Numbered from the stretch's first letter, positions 1 to 11,279 are shown. The stretch: DNA of 64,000 nucleotides from Mycoplasmatota bacterium (GCA_018394315.1 CP074575.1:806001-870000); one strand, 5' to 3'. The notes: a model not told the origin generated them from the letters alone. Program-made: numbers and translations.

Positions 1-1109
1 CTACTTTAACTGCTGCTATCACTTTATATTTATCAAAAGTAACAGGAGCCGAAGTAAAAGCTTATGACGAAATAGATGGTGCTCCAGAAGAAAGAGAAAG
101 AGGAATCACTATTAATACTGCTCATGTTGAGTATGAAACTGAATCTCGTCACTACGCACATGTAGACTGTCCAGGACATGCCGATTACGTTAAAAACATG
201 ATCACTGGTGCTGCTCAAATGGATGGTGGAATCTTAGTAGTTTCTGCTGCTGATGGACCAATGCCTCAAACAAGAGAACATATCTTATTATCTCGCCAAG
301 TTGGTGTGCCAAGATTAGTTGTTTTCTTAAATAAAACAGACCAAGTTGATGATGAAGAATTACTAGAATTAGTTGAAATGGAAATTCGTGAATTATTAAC
401 TGAGTATGAGTTCCCAGGTGATGATATACCTGTAATCATGGGATCAGCTTTATTAGCATTAAATGGTAATCCAGAACATGAAGCTAAAATTGCTGAATTA
501 ATGGCAGCAGTAGATGAGTATATCCCTACTCCAGAACGTGATGTTGATAAACCATTCATGTTACCTGTAGAAGATGTATTCAGTATCACTGGTCGTGGTA
601 CAGTTGCTACTGGACGTGTTGAACGTGGACGTATTTCTGTTGGAGATCAATGTGAAATCGTTGGTATTAAAGAAACTCAAACAACTACTATTACAGGAGT
701 TGAAATGTTCCGTAAATTATTAGATTATGCTGATGCTGGTGAAAATGTTGGTTGTTTATTACGTGGTACTAAGCGTGATGAAATCGAACGTGGTCAAGTT
801 ATCGTTAAGCCTGGTTCAGTTAATCCACATAAAAAATTCAAAGCTCAAGTTTACGTATTAAGTAAAGAAGAGGGTGGGCGTCATACTCCATTCTTCTCTA
901 ACTATAGACCTCAGTTCTATTTTAGAACTACTGACGTAACTGGTGTAATTGAATTACCTACTGGTGTAGAGATGGTTATGCCTGGCGACAATGTAGATAT
1001 GATTGTTAACTTAATCAACCCAATCGCAATCGAGCAAGGTACTAAGTTCTCTATCCGTGAAGGTGGACGTACTGTTGGTGCTGGTAACGTTTCAGAAATT
1101 ATAGAATAA
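1..1109 (+). CDS. tuf: Elongation factor Tu, 5'-truncated by the window edge
   Basis: Frame open from base 3 (TLTAAIT...[12 protein letters not shown]...[14 protein letters not shown]); ends [10 protein letters not shown]. Confidence 0.99.
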   Translation, partial: TLTAAITLYLSKVTGAEVKAYDEIDGAPEERERGITINTAHVEYETESRHYAHVDCPGHADYVKNMITGAAQMDGGILVVSAADGPMPQTREHILLSRQVGVPRLVVFLNKTDQVDDEELLELVEMEIRELLTEYEFPGDDIPVIMGSALLALNGNPEHEAKIAELMAAVDEYIPTPERDVDKPFMLPVEDVFSITGRGTVATGRVERGRISVGDQCEIVGIKETQTTTITGVEMFRKLLDYADAGENVGCLLRGTKRDEIERGQVIVKPGSVNPHKKFKAQVYVLSKEEGGRHTPFFSNYRPQFYFRTTDVTGVIELPTGVEMVMPGDNVDMIVNLINPIAIEQGTKFSIREGGRTVGAGNVSEIIE

Positions 1110-1124
1110 TATAGAAAAATTCAT

Positions 1125-1154
1125 AAAAGTTCCATAATTTATGGGACTTTTTTT
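1125..1154 (+). terminator. Intrinsic terminator after tuf
   Basis: AAAAGTTCCATAA/TTATGGGACTTTT stem plus T tract. Confidence 0.8.
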
Positions 1155-1194
1155 GTTATACTATAAATAGGTATAATTTTCAAGTGAGGTAGTT

Positions 1195-1650
1195 ATGGAA
1201 AATATTTTAGTAAAAAAAATGATTGAAGATGGACTAACAATTTCTACAGCTGAAAGTTGCACAGGTGGTATGCTTTCTTCATGTATAATAGATGTTCCTG
1301 GAGCATCCAATATCATCAGTGAAGCACATGTCACATATTCAAATGAAGCGAAAGTAAAATATTTGAATGTATCTATGGATACTCTTGATACTTATTCAGA
1401 ATATAGTGAAGAGTGTGCTAGAGAAATGGCAAAAGGTGTTAAAAATCTAGCTGAAACTGATATTGGAGTTTCCATTACCGGGGTAGCTGGGCCTGGCGGA
1501 GGAACGCCAAATAATCCTGTTGGTACTGTTTATATAGGTATATCTTATAAAGATACCGATGTATTAAAATTACAACTAAAAGGTAATAGAAGTTCAGTCC
1601 GTAAACAAGCAGTTGAAAAGACGATTGAGTTTATAATAGATAAAATATAG
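1195..1650 (+). CDS. pncC: CinA C-terminal domain / NMN deamidase (PncC-like)
   Basis: TAESCTGG, YSNEAK and SITGVAGPGGGT motifs. Confidence 0.88.
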   Translation: MENILVKKMIEDGLTISTAESCTGGMLSSCIIDVPGASNIISEAHVTYSNEAKVKYLNVSMDTLDTYSEYSEECAREMAKGVKNLAETDIGVSITGVAGPGGGTPNNPVGTVYIGISYKDTDVLKLQLKGNRSSVRKQAVEKTIEFIIDKI

Positions 1651-1658
1651 GTGATAAA

Positions 1659-2429
1659 ATGATATTTAATACACACACGCACTTAAACGTAAAACAATTT
1701 AACGAAACATATGATCAAGTAATTAAGGATTCAATTCTTAAAGGTTTAACCAAAATATTAGTCGTTGGTTTTAATAAAGAGACAATAGAAAAGGCTATAA
1801 TGTTAGCTGAAAAGTACGAGGAAGTATATGCAACAGTAGGATGGCATCCAGTGGATGCAATATATGCTACAGAAGAATCATTTAAATTAATAGAAAAGTA
1901 TATAGAACATCCAAAGGTTTTAGCTGTTGGAGAATGTGGTCTAGATTATCATTGGGACACTTCACCAAAAGAAGTTCAAATGAAAGTCTTTAAGCGGCAA
2001 ATTGAATTGGCAATCAAATATAAAAAACCATTAATAGTTCATAGTAGGGACTCTATGAAAGATACTTATGAATTCTTACTAGAAGAAGGAGCAAGTGAAG
2101 TCGGTGGTATTATGCATTGTTATACTGGAAGTGTAGAAATGGTTAAGGATTTCATAGGTTTAAATTTTTTGATTTCCTTAGCTGGTCCAGTAACTTTTAA
2201 AAATGCAAAAACCCCAAAAGAAGTTGCTAGAATTGTTCCTTTAGATAAGTTATTAGTTGAAACTGATTGTCCTTATTTGGCTCCTGAACCTATTAGAGGA
2301 AAGCAAAATAAGGCATACTATGTTACGTATATTTTGGAGGAAATAGCCAAGATAAAAGAGATAGATTTAAATGAGTTAAAACGCATAACATATAATAATG
2401 CGATAAAATTATTTGGAATAGGTGAGTAA
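1659..2429 (+). CDS. tatD: TatD family nuclease
   Basis: THTH, GWHP, GECGLDY, HSRD and ETDCPY motifs. Confidence 0.95.
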   Translation: MIFNTHTHLNVKQFNETYDQVIKDSILKGLTKILVVGFNKETIEKAIMLAEKYEEVYATVGWHPVDAIYATEESFKLIEKYIEHPKVLAVGECGLDYHWDTSPKEVQMKVFKRQIELAIKYKKPLIVHSRDSMKDTYEFLLEEGASEVGGIMHCYTGSVEMVKDFIGLNFLISLAGPVTFKNAKTPKEVARIVPLDKLLVETDCPYLAPEPIRGKQNKAYYVTYILEEIAKIKEIDLNELKRITYNNAIKLFGIGE

Positions 2430-3525
2430 GATGAAAAAATCATTAATTATATTAGTATTATTACTTTCTGGATGCACTGCTAGGGAATATAAGATTGATA
2501 CTACGGAAATTGAATCTGCGGTACAGGAATATTTAGATGAAAATTTAAAGGATATAGAAGCTGATGTTGATATTAATATTAACGAGCTAAACGATTTGAT
2601 GACTGGTTTAATCAAAGAGGTTGATAAAAGCGTAATTGGTGTAGTTAATTATAATGCAGTTGATCAACCCAATGGAACAGGATCTGGTGTAGTTTATAAG
2701 TGTGAGGATGATTATTACTATGCAATCACAAACCATCACGTTGTTGAAGCTTCAAGTAGACTTGAGGTATACTTTGTTGATAAAAGTTTTGTTGAAGCTG
2801 AATTAGTAGGTGTAGACTCAGATACAGATTTAGCAGTCATAAAATTTAAAAATGACTCTAATTTAGTTGAAACATCTAATTTTGGTGATGCTAAAGAACT
2901 GATTAGAGGACAATTAGTCATAGCTGTTGGTAGTCCTTCAGGATTTACTTACTTCAATTCAGCTACTATGGGAATTGTTTCAGGTATAGATAGATTTGTT
3001 GGTATTAAAGATACTGATGATGATGGAATTGATGATGTTTTTGTTAAGATGCTCCAACATGATGCAGCTATTAATCCAGGAAATAGTGGGGGACCGTTAT
3101 TTAATATGGAGGGTGAAATTGTCGGAATCAATTCATTAAAACTTGTAAGCGATCAAATTGAAGGTATGGGATTTAGTATACCAGTTGATATTACCCTAAG
3201 AGTTATTGAAGATTTAGAGGAATATGGTGAAGTAAAACGTGCTCGCCTAGGAGTATGGATTGGCGATGTTAGATTTTGGGAAGAAGCACCTGTAGATTTA
3301 GATAGAGGATGCTATGTCTCTGATATTGTGTTAGGTGGACCGGTAGACACAACTTCTGATTTAGAAATAGGTGATATAATAGTAGGATTTGAAGATCAGA
3401 ATATAGATGGATTATCGCAACTTAAAGATTTATTATTCCAATATCACCCGGGTGAAACAGTAAAAATAAGATACTATAGAGAAGGTGAATATTTCATTAC
3501 TACTGTTGTTTTAGGTGAAATGTAG
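2422..3525 (+). CDS. htrA: HtrA-family serine protease with PDZ domain, lipoprotein
   Basis: Lipobox LSGC; TNHHVV, DLAV and AINPGNSGGPL catalytic motifs. Confidence 0.92.
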   Translation: MSKMKKSLIILVLLLSGCTAREYKIDTTEIESAVQEYLDENLKDIEADVDININELNDLMTGLIKEVDKSVIGVVNYNAVDQPNGTGSGVVYKCEDDYYYAITNHHVVEASSRLEVYFVDKSFVEAELVGVDSDTDLAVIKFKNDSNLVETSNFGDAKELIRGQLVIAVGSPSGFTYFNSATMGIVSGIDRFVGIKDTDDDGIDDVFVKMLQHDAAINPGNSGGPLFNMEGEIVGINSLKLVSDQIEGMGFSIPVDITLRVIEDLEEYGEVKRARLGVWIGDVRFWEEAPVDLDRGCYVSDIVLGGPVDTTSDLEIGDIIVGFEDQNIDGLSQLKDLLFQYHPGETVKIRYYREGEYFITTVVLGEM

Positions 3526-3732
3526 TCATTAAGCCCTATTACTATACTATAGGAATCATTAGAAAGTTATGGTAAGATAAGGATAAGGTTAATTAAGAAT
3601 TATGCTAATGGATTAAAAAATTAGTCAATTAGTTAATTGTATTTTTATAATTAATAGCGCTTCATGTGGGGAAAGAGAGCTATTATACAATCATAAATAA
3701 TTATGAAGAAAGTGAAGTAGTAGAGGAGAAAT

Positions 3733-4614
3733 ATGAAAAAGACCAGAAGAAGAATATTTGATAGACCCGATGGTAAATTACTAAGAAAATTATCACATAA
3801 CGGTAAAATTATTCCGTTCGTAATGCCAAGGAGAGTTGATTCTACAAACCAATATAATCAAAATATCAGTATTGATAATGCTGAAAAAGTTCTTAAGGAA
3901 GTTAACGAAGAACACAATTTATCAGCAGGTATTATGGATTTAGTTATTACAGCTATGGTTAGAACTATATCTCAAATGCCTAAAGTAAATCGTTTTATAG
4001 TGGGTAAGAAAATCTATGCTAGAAACGATATAAGTGTATCGTTTGCAGTTAAAAAAGATATGAATGAAAATTCAGAAACAACAGAGGTTAAGATTCATTT
4101 TGAGCCAACTGATACGCTTAGTGATGTATCTAAGAAGATCAGAAGTGTAATTGTAGAGAATAAGGGAGATCATGCAGAAAATGATCAAGATGTATTTACT
4201 AAGATCTTGAGATATTTTCCTGGGTTCTTGATTACTTTTATTATAGGATTTATTAAGTTTCTAGATAGATTGGGAATAATGCCTAAGTTTGTTTATAAAA
4301 TTAGTCCTTTTCACGCAAGTTTCTTCTTAGTTAATTTGGGATCACTAAGAATAGATTCTGTTTATCATCACTTGTATGAGATAGGTACTGTCTCTTGGTT
4401 TGTTGGACTAGGTAAAAAGAAATCTGAAAACATTATTCAAAGAGATGGGAGTGTCAAGAGAAGAAAATACATGGAAATTAGATATAGTATTGATGAAAGG
4501 ATTACGGATGGCTATTACGCAGCAAATGCTCTTAGACTAATGACCAAATATATGAATAATCCTAAAATACTATTAGATCCTCCTAAAGAAGTTGTTGAGG
4601 ATAATGAAATCTAG
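3733..4614 (+). CDS. Stand-alone 2-oxoacid dehydrogenase acyltransferase (E2 catalytic)-like protein
   Basis: NLGS and DERITDG resemble the E2 catalytic DHRxxDG; no lipoyl domain. Confidence 0.7.
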   Translation: MKKTRRRIFDRPDGKLLRKLSHNGKIIPFVMPRRVDSTNQYNQNISIDNAEKVLKEVNEEHNLSAGIMDLVITAMVRTISQMPKVNRFIVGKKIYARNDISVSFAVKKDMNENSETTEVKIHFEPTDTLSDVSKKIRSVIVENKGDHAENDQDVFTKILRYFPGFLITFIIGFIKFLDRLGIMPKFVYKISPFHASFFLVNLGSLRIDSVYHHLYEIGTVSWFVGLGKKKSENIIQRDGSVKRRKYMEIRYSIDERITDGYYAANALRLMTKYMNNPKILLDPPKEVVEDNEI

Positions 4615-4633
4615 ATTTTATTCAAATAAGTAG

Positions 4634-4661
4634 AATGGGTATCATTAATTTGATACCCATT
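4634..4661 (+). terminator. Hairpin / probable terminator
   Basis: AATGGGTATCA...TGATACCCATT inverted repeat. Confidence 0.6.
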
Positions 4662-4697
4662 AAATAAATAATAAAATTGACTACAAAGGAGTAGAAT

Positions 4698-5339
4698 ATG
4701 AAACTGTTTATAGATACGGCTAATATTGAAGAAATAAGAGAAGTAGCTGAGATGGGTGTTGTATGTGGTGTTACCACGAATCCTAGCTTGATTGCAAAAG
4801 AAGGTAGAGACCTAGTTGAAGTTATTAAAGAAATATCAGGATTAGTCGATGGTCCTATCAGTGGTGAGGTTATGAGTGATGACCATTTAGGTATGATTGA
4901 GGAGGCAGAGGTGATTTCTAAGATACATAAGAATATTGTTGTTAAAATACCGATGACTCAAGAAGGGTTAAAAGCAGTTAAGGTATTGTCTAAAAGAAAT
5001 ATAAAAACTAATGTTACATTAGTATTTAGTGCTACTCAAGCATTGCTAGCATCTAGAGCTGGAGCAACATATGTTAGTCCCTTTGTAGGTAGACTTGATG
5101 ACATTTCTCATGATGGAATTGAGTTAGTATCTCAAATTGCTGATATCTACGAAATTCACCAGATAAATACTGAAATAATTTCAGCAAGTATTAGGAATCC
5201 TAATCATGTAATAGAATCTGCTTTGGCTGGTGCAAACATTGCAACTGTACCATATAGAATATTGATGCAATGTTTAAAACATCCACTAACTGATAAAGGA
5301 ATTGAAAAATTCAAATCTGATTCCTTAAATACTAAGTAG
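4698..5339 (+). CDS. fsa: Transaldolase / fructose-6-phosphate aldolase
   Basis: FIDTA, GVTTNPS, VVKIP, NVTLVFS and [11 protein letters not shown]. Confidence 0.93.
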   Translation: MKLFIDTANIEEIREVAEMGVVCGVTTNPSLIAKEGRDLVEVIKEISGLVDGPISGEVMSDDHLGMIEEAEVISKIHKNIVVKIPMTQEGLKAVKVLSKRNIKTNVTLVFSATQALLASRAGATYVSPFVGRLDDISHDGIELVSQIADIYEIHQINTEIISASIRNPNHVIESALAGANIATVPYRILMQCLKHPLTDKGIEKFKSDSLNTK

Positions 5340-7185
5340 TTTTGTAGTAAATATCCTCTAGATTTGATCCTTTAGTTTTTCCTGAGATTAGATCTAGTTT
5401 TCTTTTGCCTACAAATTCGGGCTTAGTAAACCATGCATTCTCCTTATCCATCATATAAAACTCTATTAACTCTGCCCATATTTGTTTGGCATAACCCTTG
5501 TCGTCTTCTAATAATTTATTGTTATTATCATATCCTGTCCAAACTCCTATAGTAATTTGTGGATTATACCCAATCATCCAATTATCAAAATCTGTTGATC
5601 CACTTTTACCCGAATAGCGATGTGATAACTTATTAGTTATTGAACTACCTGTTACGCTTAATGATCCGTTTAAGTTAGTATTGAACATATGTGTAAGCAT
5701 ATCATTTATAATATAAGTGTTTTCCTCATCAAAGCGACCAAGGTTTTTTACGTAATTTTGATATATTAAATTATCGTTCACAAAAACTCTGTTAATGATT
5801 TTCGGTTCAGGTTGTTTTCCGTATGAAGCAAAGCAATTATAGGCAGATGTGATTTCCTCAAGAGATACAGTGTTAGTACCTAATGCTATTGTCGGATTAT
5901 TTGAGATCTTTTGTTTGAAATTAAAGTCCTTCAGACTCTCGATGAAAGAATCAACTCCAAGAAAGAGTAGTGTTTTTACTGCGTAGATATTATCAGATGT
6001 AGCTAGTGCATATGTCATTGTGATTTCATCATTAAAATATTGATTGTCATAGTTTCTAGGTGAATATGACTTTGTTCCATCTATATAAAATGTTGTTGGA
6101 GTGCTCTCAAATGTTGAGAATGGTTTGAATCCATATTCTAGTGCAGTATAGTAAAGAAATGGTTTTATGGAAGAACCGGGTTGTCTATAGGAATTTGTAG
6201 CTCTATTAAATTCTGAATCAGTATAATTTTTTCCACCAATAATGGTTAATATATTACCTGTATTAGGTTCAATTACATAGATTGAAGCTTCTAATTCATT
6301 TGGTGTATTTTTTATTATATGGTTGGCTTTGTTGTAAAGATCTTTGTTTAATGTCGTATATACATCAATCTTTGAGAATCTTCTTGAGAATGAAATATCA
6401 TTTAATTTGTTGATTACTTCATTTTGGAAGTAGTAAATATTACTTTTATAGTTTTTATTTATGCTTAATAATATAGGTTTTCTATTCATGAAATCGTCTT
6501 TGGAGACATTACCATCTTTGTACATTTCACTCATGATTAGATTGACTCTTTTAATATTATTTTGGAGTTGTTTAATGGGAGAATAGATTTCTGGAGCATT
6601 TAATATGGCTATCAAACTAGCACTCTCTTCTATAGTTAAATCAATCGCAGGTTTATTGTAAAAATAGTGTGAAGCATCTTCTATTCCATAAATTCCGTGG
6701 CCAAAGTAAACGCTATTGAGGAATCCTTCCAGGATATCATTTTTTGAATATTTATTCTCTATTAGTAGCGCCAAATAAACTTCTTTAAGTTTTCTGGAAT
6801 AAGTTTGACTGTTTGTTAGAAAGATATTTTTGACATATTGTTGTGTAATTGTTGAAGCTCCGCCTTTAATCTCTCTTGATAATGTGTTTACGACTAAAGT
6901 TTTAACTATTCTAAGAAAATCAAATCCACTGTGTGTGTAAAACTTTTTGTCCTCTATAGATACAAGAGCATTAATAACGTTAGGTGATACTTCATCAAGA
7001 TTTACCCAAGTCGAAGGGTGATTGTTTATTGTAGACAAATAGGGCTCATTCTTATAATCATAAAATGTAGTTCTTTTTAAATAATAAATATCATCCGGTA
7101 ACTTGTTGAAAATATATGTATAGCTTGAAAATAAAAGGACTATAGATGAAAAAAATAGTATTTTTAGTATTCTTCTTAATGTCAT
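5332..7185 (-). CDS. Class A penicillin-binding protein (transglycosylase/transpeptidase)
   Basis: [27 protein letters not shown] (SxxK), SDN (SxN), KSG. Confidence 0.93.
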   Translation of the reverse strand: MTLRRILKILFFSSIVLLFSSYTYIFNKLPDDIYYLKRTTFYDYKNEPYLSTINNHPSTWVNLDEVSPNVINALVSIEDKKFYTHSGFDFLRIVKTLVVNTLSREIKGGASTITQQYVKNIFLTNSQTYSRKLKEVYLALLIENKYSKNDILEGFLNSVYFGHGIYGIEDASHYFYNKPAIDLTIEESASLIAILNAPEIYSPIKQLQNNIKRVNLIMSEMYKDGNVSKDDFMNRKPILLSINKNYKSNIYYFQNEVINKLNDISFSRRFSKIDVYTTLNKDLYNKANHIIKNTPNELEASIYVIEPNTGNILTIIGGKNYTDSEFNRATNSYRQPGSSIKPFLYYTALEYGFKPFSTFESTPTTFYIDGTKSYSPRNYDNQYFNDEITMTYALATSDNIYAVKTLLFLGVDSFIESLKDFNFKQKISNNPTIALGTNTVSLEEITSAYNCFASYGKQPEPKIINRVFVNDNLIYQNYVKNLGRFDEENTYIINDMLTHMFNTNLNGSLSVTGSSITNKLSHRYSGKSGSTDFDNWMIGYNPQITIGVWTGYDNNNKLLEDDKGYAKQIWAELIEFYMMDKENAWFTKPEFVGKRKLDLISGKTKGSNLEDIYYKTT

Positions 7186-7296
7186 AAAATCACCAGTTTT
7201 ATTTTTTGTCTTATTTTATGAAAAACAATTAGCAAATTTTGTTAATATAATGTATAATATTTTGGTGTTACAATTTTGATAGAAAGAGGTGGTTGT

Positions 7297-8394
7297 ATGT
7301 CACTTACATGTGGAATCGTTGGGTTACCTAATGTTGGGAAGTCAACCTTATTTAATGCTCTAACGAAAGCAGGGGCTGTAGCAGCTAACTATCCATTTGC
7401 GACTATTGAGCCTAATGTAGGTGTGGTAGAAGTACCAGACGATAGATTAAGTGTTTTGAATGAAATGTTTTCTCCAAAAAAACTGATCCCGACTTTATTT
7501 GAATTCACAGATATTGCTGGACTAGTTAAAGGAGCTTCTAAAGGAGAAGGTTTGGGGAATAAGTTTTTATCACACATCAGAGAAGTGGATGCTATTGCTC
7601 AAGTAGTTCGATGCTTTGTAGATTCAAATATAACTCATGTAGATGGTATGGTTGATCCTCTTAGGGATATAGAGACAATCAACTTAGAGCTAATACTAGC
7701 GGATATAGAAGTTATAGAGAAAAGACTACCGAAGATTGAGAAAAAGGCTTTATTAAAGACAGACAAGGAAATAGTAAGAGAATACGAAGTTCTGGTAAAA
7801 GTTAAAGAGGCACTAGAAAATGAGTTACCTGCACGTAGTGTGCCATTAAATATAAATGAACTAAAAACTATTAAACATTACAGCTTTTTAACCTTAAAGC
7901 CTATGCTTTATGTAGCTAATATATCATTAGACGAACTAAAAACAGGAAACGATTTTGTAAAGGATATTGAAGAATATGCTGGGAAGTATAACGATAAAGT
8001 TATTGTCGTTAGTGCACAAATTGAATCTGAACTTTCTGAACTAGAAAATGATGAAAAGGAAATGTTTCTAGAGGATTTGGGTATTAATGAGTCTGGTCTT
8101 GATAAGCTTATTAGAGAATCATATTCCTTATTAGGATTAAAAACATATTTCACTGCTGGAGAGAAAGAAGTTAGAGCATGGACATATAGTGATGGAATGA
8201 ATGCAAAAGAATGTGCTGGTATTATCCACAGTGATTTTGAAAGAGGATTTATAAGAGCTGAAACTATAGCTTACGGGGATTTAGTAGATGCTGGTAGTGA
8301 AAAAATCGCTAAAGAAATTGGGAAGATGCGATTAGAGGGAAAAGATTATGAAGTTAAGGATGGAGATGTACTTCACTTCAGATTTAACGTCTAG
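7297..8394 (+). CDS. ychF: Ribosome-binding ATPase YchF
   Basis: GLPNVGKSTLFN, ANYPFATIEPN, DIAGLVKGAS; ATG 7297 follows a GAGGTG RBS. Confidence 0.97.
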   Translation: MSLTCGIVGLPNVGKSTLFNALTKAGAVAANYPFATIEPNVGVVEVPDDRLSVLNEMFSPKKLIPTLFEFTDIAGLVKGASKGEGLGNKFLSHIREVDAIAQVVRCFVDSNITHVDGMVDPLRDIETINLELILADIEVIEKRLPKIEKKALLKTDKEIVREYEVLVKVKEALENELPARSVPLNINELKTIKHYSFLTLKPMLYVANISLDELKTGNDFVKDIEEYAGKYNDKVIVVSAQIESELSELENDEKEMFLEDLGINESGLDKLIRESYSLLGLKTYFTAGEKEVRAWTYSDGMNAKECAGIIHSDFERGFIRAETIAYGDLVDAGSEKIAKEIGKMRLEGKDYEVKDGDVLHFRFNV

Positions 8395-8434
8395 ACTTTC
8401 ATATAACTACCTAATTAGTTTAAATGCCTAGATT

Positions 8435-8560
8435 TAAACTGGTCCGAGAAAAGTGGACACAATAAAAAACCATTAAGCATGATATCTAAACTCAATAGGA
8501 GTCATGCTTTTTTATTTTATGTTGATGCCTTCGATTGTTGTAATTAATCATATAATACAT
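8435..8560 (-). mobile_element. IS3-family relic: transposase C-terminus plus terminal inverted repeat
   Basis: Minus strand reads YMINYNNRRHQHKIK/MTPIEFRYHA* (one frameshift), followed by TGTCCACTTTTCTCGGACCAGTTTA, an IS3/IS150-type end. Confidence 0.7.
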
Positions 8561-8629
8561 TTAATTCTAAAGATTATTCCACAATTAAACCGAGTGTCAC
8601 ATATTTTTTAGCAAACTGGTTTGATAAAA

Positions 8630-8658
8630 TTGACATAGATATTTGATTAATGTATCAT
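8630..8658 (+). promoter_or_regulatory. SigA promoter of the nrdD leader
   Basis: TTGACA-17 bp-TATCAT. Confidence 0.75.
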
Positions 8659-8667
8659 AGTATATAT

Positions 8668-8803
8668 TATAAGTGAGGAAATAGGCGTAATTCCTATACT
8701 ACCCCAGTAACTGTAAAGTCAGATACTCACTCGGTACATTCCCTGGGGAAAGGGTGTATGGTAGTGAATCTATTTTTAACACTATCATACGATAGTGTTT
8801 TTT
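8668..8803 (+). ncRNA. Compact cobalamin riboswitch with terminator/antiterminator
   Basis: GAGGAA-ATAGG-CGTAATT-CCTAT-ACTACCCC-AGTAACTGTAA-AGTCAG core; AGTGAG/CTCACT closing stem; terminator AACACTATC-ATAC-GATAGTGTT-T tract overlaps antiterminator GTATGGTAGTG/CACTATCATAC. Confidence 0.75.
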
Positions 8804-8815
8804 AATGGAGGAACT

Positions 8816-10612
8816 ATGGAAAAAAGTTTACAAAGAAACATAAAAATTATTGAAAACTATTTAGGAAAGGGGAATGCAGCTACTGCATCTCAATTTGATG
8901 CGAATGCAAATATTACTAGTAAGAACATAGCTACTCTTTCTGCAGAGTTGAATAAGTATGAAAATATTCAAGTTAATAGATATTTATTGAAAAACAAAAT
9001 ATCTCAGCTATTTGGTAATGAACTAGGTGAGGAGTATTTAAGACAATTAGAAAATCATGAAATATATACTCACGATGAAACTAGCGTAAAACCTTATTGT
9101 GCAAGTGTTAGTATGTATCCATATTTATTTAATGGGTTAAAGGATTTAGGTGGTGATTCCAAAGCTCCAACTAATATTGATTCTTTTTGTGGTTCCTTTG
9201 TAAATCTTGTGTTTGCATTATCTTCCCAGTTTGCTGGAGCAATAGCCACTGTTGAGTTTTTAATGTACTTTGATTATTTCATTAAAAAAGAATGGGGTGA
9301 TGATTACTATCTTAGAAGTAATCAAACTGCTACAATAGGTTTAAGGACTAAAACAATTGAACAAAAGATTGAGGGTTATTTACAACAAATTATATACTCC
9401 ATTAATCAACCAGCTGCTGCTAGGGGCTATCAGAGCGTGTTTTGGAATATCTCAATATTTGATAAGTCATATTTCCATAGTATATTCTCAGATTTTACCT
9501 TCCCTGATGGAACTAAACCAAATTGGGATAGTTTAAACTGGTTACAAAAGAAGTTTCTAAGTTGGTTCAACAAGGAAAGAGAAGGAGCACTATTAACTTT
9601 TCCCGTCGTTACAGTTGCTTTACTAACTGACGGCACTGACGTAACTGATTCTGAATATAGGGAAGTAATATCTAAGGAACTATCAGAAGGACAAAGTATG
9701 TTCATTTATATGAGTGAGAGCGCTGACTCATTAGCTTCTTGTTGTCGATTAAGAAATGAACTTATTGATAATACATTCAGTTATTCCCTTGGTGCAGGGG
9801 GAGTTGCTACAGGAAGCATCAATGTAATTACTATGAATATAAATAGACTAATTCAGTTAGATAAGGACATTACTGAAGAAGTTAAGAAGATTCATAAGTA
9901 TCAATATGCATATAGACGGATAATAGAAGAATTTAAGGAGTCAGGATTGCTACCAGTCTACGATGCTGGATATATTGATTTAGGTAAGCAATTTTTGACA
10001 ATAGGTATAAATGGATTAGTTGAAGCAGCTGAAAGTAAAGGAATAAGTCCAAGAATAACTAGCGAGTATGAATCATTTGTTAGTAGTATCCTAAAACCAA
10101 TATATGAAGTAAATAAGGAGGGTGCAAAAGAATATGGTGTTATGTTTAATACAGAATTTGTACCTGCTGAAAACTTAGGGGTTAAGAATTCAAAGTGGGA
10201 TAAAGAGGATCGATTAATTGTTAGTCGAGATTGTTATAACAGTTATTTTTATGCAGTTGAAGATGAAACAATTTCACCTATTGATAAGTTCAAACTGCAC
10301 GGACACTCGTTTAATAAATATTTAGATGGAGGTAGTGCACTTCACTTAAATTTAGATGAGCACCTAGATCAACATCAATACAAGCAGTTAATAAAGATAG
10401 CAGCTTTAAATGGAACAAATTATTGGACAGTTAATGTCAAGAATACTGTTTGTAATATGTGTGGATACATTAGTAAACATACGCTTTGTGAATGTCCAAG
10501 TTGTGGCTCACAGAATGTAGATTATGCTACAAGGATAATTGGATATCTAAAAAGAGTATCAAGTTTTTCATCTGATCGCCAAAACGAAGAATTAAAGAGA
10601 CACTATTCATAA
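8816..10612 (+). CDS. nrdD: Anaerobic (class III) ribonucleoside-triphosphate reductase, no ATP-cone
   Basis: TFPV, ASCCRL, PAE, C-terminal CxxC...CxxC and glycyl-radical RIIGY; ATG follows GGAGG. Confidence 0.95.
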   Translation: MEKSLQRNIKIIENYLGKGNAATASQFDANANITSKNIATLSAELNKYENIQVNRYLLKNKISQLFGNELGEEYLRQLENHEIYTHDETSVKPYCASVSMYPYLFNGLKDLGGDSKAPTNIDSFCGSFVNLVFALSSQFAGAIATVEFLMYFDYFIKKEWGDDYYLRSNQTATIGLRTKTIEQKIEGYLQQIIYSINQPAAARGYQSVFWNISIFDKSYFHSIFSDFTFPDGTKPNWDSLNWLQKKFLSWFNKEREGALLTFPVVTVALLTDGTDVTDSEYREVISKELSEGQSMFIYMSESADSLASCCRLRNELIDNTFSYSLGAGGVATGSINVITMNINRLIQLDKDITEEVKKIHKYQYAYRRIIEEFKESGLLPVYDAGYIDLGKQFLTIGINGLVEAAESKGISPRITSEYESFVSSILKPIYEVNKEGAKEYGVMFNTEFVPAENLGVKNSKWDKEDRLIVSRDCYNSYFYAVEDETISPIDKFKLHGHSFNKYLDGGSALHLNLDEHLDQHQYKQLIKIAALNGTNYWTVNVKNTVCNMCGYISKHTLCECPSCGSQNVDYATRIIGYLKRVSSFSSDRQNEELKRHYS

Positions 10613-11079
10613 TGAATTATTATGATTTTAAGATAACATTCAATGAAATCCCACAAGAAATATCTATTGTGTTTTCAATAACTGGTTGTGGTGGAAAATG
10701 TTTTGGATGTCACTCTGAATTTCTTCATGATAGAGATAATGGAAATAAATTAGAACTTGATATGTACAAAAGTATTTTATCAGACAACCAAAGCCTTGCT
10801 ACTACTGTATTGTTTCTTGGTGGAGAATGGGAAGTTGATTTAATTGAATATCTTAAAATAGCAAAGAAATTTGGGTATAAGACAGCATTATATACGAGTA
10901 GTAACTATAGAGACATCACTTTTAGGCTAAAATATAGTTTAGATTATTTGAAGGTTGGTAAATATATTGATGGACTAGGTGGATTAGAGTCAGTACTTAC
11001 TAATCAAAAGTTAATCAGGCTTAAGCCAAAAAGAAAAGATGTTACTCATTTGTTTTGGCCTCAATCAAAACCAAAATAG
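10612..11079 (+). CDS. nrdG: Class III RNR activating radical SAM protein
   Basis: CxxxCxxC (CGGKCFGC), LGGE, TNQ; directly after nrdD. Confidence 0.93.
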   Translation: MNYYDFKITFNEIPQEISIVFSITGCGGKCFGCHSEFLHDRDNGNKLELDMYKSILSDNQSLATTVLFLGGEWEVDLIEYLKIAKKFGYKTALYTSSNYRDITFRLKYSLDYLKVGKYIDGLGGLESVLTNQKLIRLKPKRKDVTHLFWPQSKPK

Positions 11080-11090
11080 GAGTGATTATC

Positions 11091-11279
11091 ATGGGAATAT
11101 GTCAAATATGTGGTGAGAATAATAAGTGTGCACTTGATCAAGTTGGTATGAAGGAAGAATGCTGGTGTGAGTCGGTTGAATTTTCTAAAGAAATGATTAA
11201 CCGACTGAAGGAAAAAGGCATCACTGATTGTATTTGTAGAAATTGTTATTCTAGGTTAATGGAAAGTCTTAATAGCTGA
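11091..11279 (+). CDS. Cysteine-rich CWC family small protein
   Basis: CQICG..C..CWC..CICRNC; AGGAG RBS before ATG 11091. Confidence 0.8.
   Translation: MGICQICGENNKCALDQVGMKEECWCESVEFSKEMINRLKEKGITDCICRNCYSRLMESLNS

Noticed and set aside
8640..8670. NrdR box upstream of nrdD
   Set aside because: No convincing match to the NrdR palindrome; the riboswitch explains the leader.
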